From Candidatus Pacearchaeota archaeon (lineage in GTDB: Archaea > Nanobdellota > Nanobdellia > Pacearchaeales > DTIR01): a DNA stretch of 38,046 nt. Location of the stretch: NCBI GenBank assembly GCA_016211995.1, contig JACRHU010000002.1, forward strand, positions 1-38,046, read 5' to 3'. Within the stretch, counting starts at the first letter, position 1; each line of letters begins with the position of its first letter. The position numbers were made by a program, and so were the translations under genes. The notes under the pieces are model-generated. The model worked only from the letters and a program-made list of their open reading frames with translations, searched no databases and had not been told where the DNA came from. Positions 31,359 to 38,046 of this stretch are shown one piece after another.

Positions 31359-32087
31359 ATGGATGAAGAGATACAAAAACAGCTACAAGAATTTGGGCTA
31401 AGCAACACAGAGGCTAAAGTATATCTGGCTTTGCTTGGACTAGGAAAGAGTCAAGCCGGGACAGTAACAAAGAAATCCAATGTAAATAGAACAAATGTCT
31501 ATGATGCCTTAGAAAGACTTATAGAAAAGGGGCTTGTTTCTTATGTTACAGAAAACAACATCAAATTCTTTGAGGCTGTAAATCCAGAAAGACTAAGAGA
31601 GATGCTTGGAGAGAGACAAAAGAAGCTAGATAAAACAATAGAAGAATTAAGGTTAAGATATAATAAAAGTAAAAAAGAGGAAGATGCCTTTATTTTTAGG
31701 GGCAAAAAAGGAATAAAATCTATTTTTGAAAATATATTAAGCGAGAAAAAAGACTTATTTGTTTATGGGGCAGAAAGTAGATTTAAAGAAATGTTTCCTT
31801 TTTATCAAAAGCATTGGAATGAAGAAAGAGCAAAATTAAAAATAAATGTAAAGATGATTTATAGTGAAAAAGTAAGAGAAATAAAGAGAAAAGAGCATCT
31901 TAAACTGCTTGAAATGAAATTTTTGCCCGAGATATATGATTTTCCATCTACAATTATGATTTATTCAGATAAGGTTATTACTATTATTTGGCTTGAAGAG
32001 CCTTTTGGATTTATGATAAAAAGTAAAGAAGCTGTAACAAGTAATATGAATTTTTTTGAATTATTATGGAAAATCTCAAAGAAATAA
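31359..32087 (+). CDS. TrmB-family transcriptional regulator
   Basis: GLS..EAKVYLALL..RTNVYD.L..L.EKGLV; effector-like C-terminus ending FELLW. Confidence 0.93.
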   Translation: MDEEIQKQLQEFGLSNTEAKVYLALLGLGKSQAGTVTKKSNVNRTNVYDALERLIEKGLVSYVTENNIKFFEAVNPERLREMLGERQKKLDKTIEELRLRYNKSKKEEDAFIFRGKKGIKSIFENILSEKKDLFVYGAESRFKEMFPFYQKHWNEERAKLKINVKMIYSEKVREIKRKEHLKLLEMKFLPEIYDFPSTIMIYSDKVITIIWLEEPFGFMIKSKEAVTSNMNFFELLWKISKK

Positions 32088-32132
32088 TTAATCTTTCAAA
32101 AGCTTTATTAATCATATTTCTTTTACTTATTT

Positions 32133-33644
32133 ATGACAAAGAGAGTGAAGATTAAATTGCTTAAGGAGAGGCTTGCTTTGCAGCCCTGCCCAATTGGACT
32201 TGAAGGAAAATGCTGTAAGAATTGCTTGATGGGACCTTGTCGGGTGTGCTCATATAAGGTTTCTGGGGTTTGTGGGGCAGACATGGACTTAGTTGTTGCA
32301 AGAAACATATTAAGATTTGTTGCTGGTGGCGCTTCAGCACATGTTGGACATGCTTTTCGTATGCTCAATTTCTTGAATTCAAAATATAGTGACAATTACA
32401 TAAAACAAAAAGCTCCTCCTTACTTGTATAAGTTATGGAACAAACTTGGAATTGTTCCTAAAATCCATTTTGAACATTTCAAAGACATATCAGAAGCATT
32501 GCATGCCTCTACAATGGGAGTTGATGCAGATTATGTTGATATTTTAAAACTGGCAATGAAGCTTGGAATTATTGATGGTTATTATGGAATGTATCTTGCG
32601 ACCGAGCTAGAAGACAAAAAATTTGGAAAACCTAGGATTATTAGGGGAAAACTAAATTTAGGAGTTATTAAGAAAGATAAGGTGAATATTGCTGTTCATG
32701 GCCATTATCCTGTTATTGCAGAGACGCTTGTTGCCGAGTGTAAGAAAAAAGAAAATTCTGATATCAATTTGATTGGTGTATGCTGTACAGGTGCAAGCAT
32801 ACTCGCTAAGCATGGAATTCCACTTGCTGCAAATTTTTTATTACAAGAAGATGTTATTTCAACAGGAGCGATAGAGGCAATGGTTGTTGACATGCAGTGC
32901 ATAATGCCTTCACTTGCTGATTTGTGCGAATGCTATCATACAAAACTAATTACAACAAATGAATTATGCAGGATTTCTAATTCTACTTATTTGCCTGTTG
33001 ACAGGAAGAATGCTTATCAGATTGCGAAAAAAATAATTAAAATTGCCCGTGAGAATTTAAAGAAAAGAAAAAGTGTTAATTTAAGCTCTGAAGTGAGAGA
33101 AGTTGTTTCTGGTTTTTCAGAACATAATTTTCCTTATGATTGGGTTATTAGAATGATGAGAAAAAAAGAAGTAAAGGGAATCATTGCTGTTATTGGTTGT
33201 GTGAATCCTCGTGTTGAACTTGATTCTTGGATTGATGTTTATAAGAAATTGTCAAAAGATTATATTATTCTGACTACAGGTTGTATTGCATTTGAGTTTG
33301 GAAAAAGAGGATTGCTGGATGGAAAAAGATTTTTCCATCTCGGAAGTTGCGTGAATAATTCAAGAACTGCTGAAATTTTTAAAATTATTTCTGAGAAAGT
33401 TGGAAAACAGATTAATGCAATGGAGTTTATTGTCTCTTGTCCTGCACCAATAACAGAAAAAGCAGTTGCAATAGGCTTTTTCTTTGCTGCTTATGGTGTA
33501 GATGTGCATTTTGGCTATCCATTCATGCTTGCGTCTGATACTAAGATTTCACATTTTTTAATTCATCTTTTAAGAGATGACTTTAAGAGCAGGATTTATC
33601 TGGAAACAAATCCAAGCAAGATATTTAAAATACTGGAGTCTTGA
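32133..33644 (+). CDS. cooS: Compact anaerobic Ni-CO dehydrogenase (CooS/HCP superfamily)
   Basis: CPIG...CCKNCLMGPC..CG; AHVGH; VHGH, VCCTG, DMQC, GCVNP, TGC, GSCV; EKA. Confidence 0.85.
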   Translation: MTKRVKIKLLKERLALQPCPIGLEGKCCKNCLMGPCRVCSYKVSGVCGADMDLVVARNILRFVAGGASAHVGHAFRMLNFLNSKYSDNYIKQKAPPYLYKLWNKLGIVPKIHFEHFKDISEALHASTMGVDADYVDILKLAMKLGIIDGYYGMYLATELEDKKFGKPRIIRGKLNLGVIKKDKVNIAVHGHYPVIAETLVAECKKKENSDINLIGVCCTGASILAKHGIPLAANFLLQEDVISTGAIEAMVVDMQCIMPSLADLCECYHTKLITTNELCRISNSTYLPVDRKNAYQIAKKIIKIARENLKKRKSVNLSSEVREVVSGFSEHNFPYDWVIRMMRKKEVKGIIAVIGCVNPRVELDSWIDVYKKLSKDYIILTTGCIAFEFGKRGLLDGKRFFHLGSCVNNSRTAEIFKIISEKVGKQINAMEFIVSCPAPITEKAVAIGFFFAAYGVDVHFGYPFMLASDTKISHFLIHLLRDDFKSRIYLETNPSKIFKILES

Positions 33645-33724
33645 GTATTTATAAAAGATACAAAATAAGATATTTAAAATACTAGAGTCTTGATTATTTG
33701 TAAAATTTATAAAAGATAAAAATG
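33618..33724. repeat. ~49-bp tandem duplication of the cooS 3' end and next promoter
   Basis: AAGATATTTAAAATACT(G/A)GAGTCTTGA(G/T)TATTT at 33618 and 33667. Confidence 0.85.
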
Positions 33725-34507
33725 AAACTTTTGTTGTTTAGAATGATGGATAGGTTAAAGTTGCAGTACCTCATAGTTTTATGGGTTATTGTTGGAATTT
33801 TATTTGGAATAGTCTACTGGCTTTTTCCAGGAAGCTTGATTGTTGCTGGAAAGGCTACATACAGCATTTTTGATGCTGTATATTTTAGTTTTGTAACCAT
33901 TCTTACTCTTGGTTATGGAGATATTTCACCAATTGGAGGAATAAGAATTCTCGTAATAGTTGAAGGACTTTTAGGATGGATAACTTTTGGAGTAATTGTA
34001 TATAAAATAGTCTCTGTAAAGGAAGATGTAATTCTTGACGAGCTGCATAGCATGTCTAATTCAGAATATGTTAGCAGAATAAGGCATTATTTATTTGTTT
34101 CAAATACAAATCTTTTAAGGTTTATTAATAATATTAAAACAAAGAAAAAAATCGAAAAATCAGATATTTATGAGCTAAGCATTATTTCAACTACACTTGA
34201 AGCAAACATTGCTGATGCAAGAAGGTTTTTATGTAGAGAAAGAACACCTTTCCTAAAGTCTATTGATGATGATGATATTATGCTAATTCTAAAAAGTATT
34301 GATCTATGCGTTACAAATCTGATAAACGCTCTTCAGGTGCTTCCAGAAGATGTGAAAAAAGAGATAGTTCTTCATGATAACATAGGTAAGATTATAGATT
34401 ATAATAAAAGAATATATAGTTTCTGCAATATACAGGTTGGAGACAAAAAAATTGATGAATTACGAGAGTTGACTGAAAGGCTTGAAAAATATACAAGAGA
34501 AAAGTAA
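33722..34507 (+). CDS. 2-TM potassium channel (Ion_trans_2) with cytoplasmic helical domain
   Basis: YFSFVTILTLGYGD selectivity filter between two TMs. Confidence 0.92.
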   Translation: MKLLLFRMMDRLKLQYLIVLWVIVGILFGIVYWLFPGSLIVAGKATYSIFDAVYFSFVTILTLGYGDISPIGGIRILVIVEGLLGWITFGVIVYKIVSVKEDVILDELHSMSNSEYVSRIRHYLFVSNTNLLRFINNIKTKKKIEKSDIYELSIISTTLEANIADARRFLCRERTPFLKSIDDDDIMLILKSIDLCVTNLINALQVLPEDVKKEIVLHDNIGKIIDYNKRIYSFCNIQVGDKKIDELRELTERLEKYTREK

Positions 34508-34549
34508 AATCTTTCTTCCAAAGAAACAAAGAAAAGATAAATGATATAC

Positions 34550-34610
34550 GGCTATGTGTAAGTCTATCTCATAAAAAGATGGAATAATAACTCCTTTTTT
34601 ACACATAGCT
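34550..34610. mobile_element. 61-bp MITE-like element
   Basis: 11-bp inverted repeats GCTATGTGTAA/TTACACATAGC flanked by the 9-bp direct repeat ATGATATAC (34541-49 and 34611-19). Confidence 0.7.
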
Positions 34611-34666
34611 ATGATATACATAAATTTTATAAATGAGTTTTTGCTTCTTGCTTTGAGGTAGAAAAA

Positions 34667-35035
34667 ATGGTTTTTTGGTTGTGCATACCCTGTCTGACAT
34701 TATTGCTTTATTTTGGAATACTTAGTATTTTCATTCCAAAATATAGACTTTATATTAGAGATGCCTGGAGATGTTTTATTGACAAATTAAGGGGAAGAAA
34801 ATGCCCTGTAAGCTTTGACAAGAAAATGCATCAAGCATTTATTTTATGGCTTGCTCATAAGAACCAGGTTAAACTAGGAAGGTATTTCAGTGACAAGAAA
34901 AAATTTGATTTATGGGTTATAATTATTTTCTTAATATTCTCAGTTGTATCTACTTATTTGTTTTGGCTATTGATAAAATTCTTGTTTATCAAATCTCCTT
35001 GTGCTGGTACGAGTGGAATTTGCACTGGAACTTGA
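34667..35035 (+). CDS. Hypothetical 2-TM protein with Cys motifs
   Basis: WLCIPC, two hydrophobic segments, C-terminal PC....IC. Confidence 0.75.
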   Translation: MVFWLCIPCLTLLLYFGILSIFIPKYRLYIRDAWRCFIDKLRGRKCPVSFDKKMHQAFILWLAHKNQVKLGRYFSDKKKFDLWVIIIFLIFSVVSTYLFWLLIKFLFIKSPCAGTSGICTGT

Positions 35036-35036
35036 A

Positions 35037-35429
35037 ATGATTCCAGAAAAGCTTTCAAAAAGAGAAAAAAAAGATTTAGAGGGATTGATGAAAGAGGTTA
35101 GCCCTAAAATTTTTAATGAAGCAGCTCATTTATATTTTGAAATGCCTCAATATTATGAGAGTAAGAGAGAAATTGTAGAAAAAAGAGCAAAAATCTTGCA
35201 TGCTGCCAGGATTGCCCAACAAACAGACTTCCCTACTAAAGATGCTTTTATGAGAGTCTATTACTGGGCGAATGCATATATCTATGATGGTGTTAATGTT
35301 TATCAGATACAAAAATGTATTGATGGACTGGATGAAGAAATTATAAAAGAATTAGAAGGAGAAGATGCTTACGAATTACTTTGTGTTCAGTGTGAAGAGC
35401 ATGATAAATGCCATTTAGAAAATCAATAA
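35037..35429 (+). CDS. Hypothetical protein with C-terminal CxxC..HxxCH
   Basis: ATG two nt after the upstream stop; CVQCEEHDKCH. Confidence 0.7.
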   Translation: MIPEKLSKREKKDLEGLMKEVSPKIFNEAAHLYFEMPQYYESKREIVEKRAKILHAARIAQQTDFPTKDAFMRVYYWANAYIYDGVNVYQIQKCIDGLDEEIIKELEGEDAYELLCVQCEEHDKCHLENQ

Positions 35430-35471
35430 AGCTTCCGAAAGCTTTATTAATGCCTTGTCTATCATTTTTTT

Positions 35472-35828
35472 ATGGATTATGGAAGGCTTGAAAAAATGGC
35501 AAAAAAGACAGAAGTTCAGGATATAAATGATTCTGATTTTGAATCAATTATTAAAAAAAATAATCTTGTTGTTGTAGATTTTTATGCAGACTGGTGCATG
35601 CCATGCGTCATGATGTCTCCTATTGTTGATGAACTTGCTCAAACATATGCTGGCAAGATTTCATTTTTTAAAATAAATGTTGATGATAATAAGGCAAGTT
35701 CAGCAAAATTCAGGGTAATGGGAATTCCTACACTCTTAATTTTCAAGAATGGACAGCTTGTTGATAGAAATGTTGGTGCAAGCTCTTTTGATATATTGCA
35801 AGAGAGACTGAAAAAATATTTAAGCTAG
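35472..35828 (+). CDS. trxA: Thioredoxin
   Basis: VDFYADWCMPC, GIPTL; BRE/TATA CGAAAGC-TTTATTAA 29 nt upstream. Confidence 0.94.
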   Translation: MDYGRLEKMAKKTEVQDINDSDFESIIKKNNLVVVDFYADWCMPCVMMSPIVDELAQTYAGKISFFKINVDDNKASSAKFRVMGIPTLLIFKNGQLVDRNVGASSFDILQERLKKYLS

Positions 35829-35920
35829 AGCTGTTAGTATATTATAAGAGAGATTAAAAAAATATTTAAGCTAGAGCTGTTGATATATCGCAAGAGAGAT
35901 TAAAAAAATATTTAAGCTAG
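35790..35920. repeat. Three tandem 46-bp copies of the trxA 3' end
   Basis: Units at 35790, 35836 and 35882: (GA/AG)TATAT..AAGAGAGA.T.AAAAAATATTTAAGCTAG(AGCTGTT). Confidence 0.9.
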
Positions 35921-35943
35921 GACTGCTTTATTTTTATATAAAA

Positions 35944-37254
35944 ATGGTTGAAAAAGAAAGAGAAGAGATTGATGGAATAAAAGAAGTGGCAGAAGTAGAG
36001 ATAGGGCTTGGAGAATCTAGTGGTTTATATGAACAATTTTTGGATAAACTTGAGCTGGTTAATTCTAAGATAAAGATTCCTAAACAAGTTTATGAAAGGT
36101 TAAAAGAATGTGATTCTTCTGTTGAAGTTGATTTACCTATTTTGCTTGATAAAAAATGGCATGACAAAGATATGGTGAAAATTTACCATGCTTATAGGGT
36201 TCAGCACAACAATTTTTTAGGCCCGTATAAAGGAGGAATAAGATTTCATCCTTCTGTAAATCTCGATGAGATTAAGTATCTTGCAGCGCTAATGACAATT
36301 AAGACTGCACTAGTTGATGTGCCTTTTGGCGGTGCAAAAGGAGGTGTTGTTGTTAATCCAAAAACATTGACAAAACATGAAATTCAAAGACTTGCTAAAG
36401 GCTATGTTAAAAAAGTTTACAGATTTTTGGGTCCTCGCAAAGATATTCCAGCACCTGATGTAGGAACTGATGCAAATGTAATGGCTTATATGTATGAAGA
36501 ATACAAGGAGCTAAGCAAAGATGAAAATGCAAGGGCAGCATTTACAGGAAAACCAGTTAATAACGGAGGGATAGAAGGAAGAGAAGAAGCAACAAGCCTC
36601 GGAGGTTTTTACATTTTAGATGAAATAATAAAACAAAAAGGAGTTAGTGGAGAGTTAAAAGCTGTTGTACAAGGATTCGGAGCTGCTGGCTATCACATAG
36701 CAAGAATCTTAAAAGAAAAAGGATATAAGATTATTGGAATTTCTGATTCTACTGGTGGAATTGCTTCAATTAAAGGCTTTGACCCTGATGAAGTTGCCAG
36801 ATGGAAAAGATCTAAAGGCACTGTCATGGGAATTCCAGGAGCAATTAATCTGACTAATGAAAGACTTCTCAAATTAAAGACAGATATTCTTGTTTTAGCT
36901 GCAGTTGAAAATCAAATTACAGAAGAAAATGCTTCTGAAATAAAAGCAGATATTATTCTTGAGCTTGCAAATGGAGCGATTTCTTCTAGGGCTGAAGAAA
37001 TGCTTTATGGAAAAACAATTATTCCTGATGTTTTGGCAAATGCTGGTGGAGTTGTTGTAAGCCATCTTGAATGGTTGCAAAATATTGAAGACAAAAAATT
37101 CAGAATTGATGAAGTTGAAAATGCACTTAAAGAAAAAATGCTTACAGCCTTACAAGAAGTTATACTTAGTCAACAAAAGTATGAAGTTAACATGAGGGAC
37201 GCTGCTTATATTGTTGCTATAGAAAGAATTATAGAAAAGGCTGTTGAAGAATAA
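35944..37254 (+). CDS. gdhA: Glu/Leu/Phe/Val dehydrogenase (glutamate dehydrogenase)
   Basis: GPYKGGIRFHP, PFGGAKGG, DIPAPD, TGKP, QGFG, ANAGGVVVS. Confidence 0.94.
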   Translation: MVEKEREEIDGIKEVAEVEIGLGESSGLYEQFLDKLELVNSKIKIPKQVYERLKECDSSVEVDLPILLDKKWHDKDMVKIYHAYRVQHNNFLGPYKGGIRFHPSVNLDEIKYLAALMTIKTALVDVPFGGAKGGVVVNPKTLTKHEIQRLAKGYVKKVYRFLGPRKDIPAPDVGTDANVMAYMYEEYKELSKDENARAAFTGKPVNNGGIEGREEATSLGGFYILDEIIKQKGVSGELKAVVQGFGAAGYHIARILKEKGYKIIGISDSTGGIASIKGFDPDEVARWKRSKGTVMGIPGAINLTNERLLKLKTDILVLAAVENQITEENASEIKADIILELANGAISSRAEEMLYGKTIIPDVLANAGGVVVSHLEWLQNIEDKKFRIDEVENALKEKMLTALQEVILSQQKYEVNMRDAAYIVAIERIIEKAVEE

Positions 37255-37268
37255 TTGTTACTAGGGCC

Positions 37269-37330
37269 AATAAATAATCAACCGCGACTGGTTGCTAATC
37301 TTTTTTGATATAGCCACTAGCAAAGATAGA
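37269..37330 (+). repeat. Possible diverged element B copy after gdhA
   Basis: AATAAAT, then hairpin CAACC-GCGACT-GGTTG, then an ATCTTT..AAAGAT stem. Confidence 0.35.
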
Positions 37331-37421
37331 AACTAGTCATCCAGTTCTTAATACTGATTTAATTGTTCTAAAAATGTTTTTAAACTCTTTAATCCTTATC
37401 TCTTAAGTATAAAAGAGGAAG

Positions 37422-37937
37422 ATGAAGAAAGCAATTTCTACACTTGTTGCTACAGTATTATTAATTCTAATAGTTATTGCTTTGATTGCAATTATTTGGG
37501 GAGCTGTTCTTCCAATGATTACAAGATCAACTGAAATAGGACAGGCGTGCTCTGATGCAAGAATTAGCATAAATACTATTTCTGGTTATAGCTGTTATAG
37601 TGAAAATGCAAAAACTACAATGGTGATGATTGATAGAGCAAGTGAAAAAGAGCTTGCTGGACTGCAGATTTCATTAAGAGAGGGAGGAAAAAGAACTGCT
37701 TATATAATAAGAAAAGATTCTTCATTAGTTTTTTTAGTTGAATTTGAAGAAGGTTCTGGAAATATAATCAGAGAATACATTTCTGATGCACAATATCCTG
37801 TTTCTCCTGCTACTCCTGCTGTATGGAGCATAGGCAGACTTGGAAACTCTCTTGTTTTTGATGGAACTACATTTGTTAGTGCACAGCTTGATAGCAGCAA
37901 AGAAATAACAATTGAAACATGGGTGAAGCCAGAATGA
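37422..37937 (+). CDS. Archaeal type IV pilin-like protein ending in a truncated LamG-like domain
   Basis: Class III signal MKK/AISTLVATVLLIL; FEEGSG..W..GRLGNSLVFDG..ITIETWVKP. Confidence 0.8.
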   Translation: MKKAISTLVATVLLILIVIALIAIIWGAVLPMITRSTEIGQACSDARISINTISGYSCYSENAKTTMVMIDRASEKELAGLQISLREGGKRTAYIIRKDSSLVFLVEFEEGSGNIIREYISDAQYPVSPATPAVWSIGRLGNSLVFDGTTFVSAQLDSSKEITIETWVKPE

Positions 37938-38046
37938 AAAAGATAATTTTTGGAATTTTTTTATTATTAATTTTACTAGAGATAAATTTTAGCTCAGGAA
38001 TAACAACTTTGACAAATATTTCAACAAGCCTTGGAATTGAAGACAT
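37934..38046 (+). CDS. Secreted protein, N-terminal fragment running off the window
   Basis: ATGA overlap; MKKIIFGIFLLLILLEINFSSG signal peptide. Confidence 0.6.
   Translation, partial: MKKIIFGIFLLLILLEINFSSGITTLTNISTSLGIED

Noticed and set aside
35790..35920. CRISPR array
   Set aside because: Contiguous tandem units without unique spacers, derived from trxA coding sequence; no cas genes.

Overview
AT-rich archaeal chromosomal window, most likely a DPANN (Pacearchaeota/Woesearchaeota-like) genome. The assignment is inferred from TATA/BRE promoters with leaderless starts, TrmB, a class III signal-peptide pilin and Thi4. The window is dominated by sulfur, Fe-S, redox and metal genes: thi4, iscS, cysE, iscU, cysK, Fe-S-type cysH, MoaD/TusA carriers, tRNA thiolation enzymes, trxA/trxB, ferredoxin and a CopZ/DsbD-like/CopA cluster. 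It also holds a bacterial-type biotin-dependent carboxylase set (accC, fused accA-accD, two-domain BCCP, birA), a PlsC acyltransferase, a compact CooS-type CO dehydrogenase, a MazEF-like pair, a K+ channel and gdhA. Two things stand out. (1) A LAGLIDADG homing endonuclease cassette is inserted right after the last Cys ligand codons of iscU; it supplies a replacement iscU 3' end and reads into the displaced original 3' end. (2) There is a two-tier system of small intergenic hairpin elements: a ~50-bp GGATCC-centred double hairpin (6 copies, AT-flanked) that repeatedly sits inside the loops of a second ~65-bp two-hairpin element found just after stop codons, with both empty and filled versions present. 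No rRNA, tRNA or CRISPR array was recognised.
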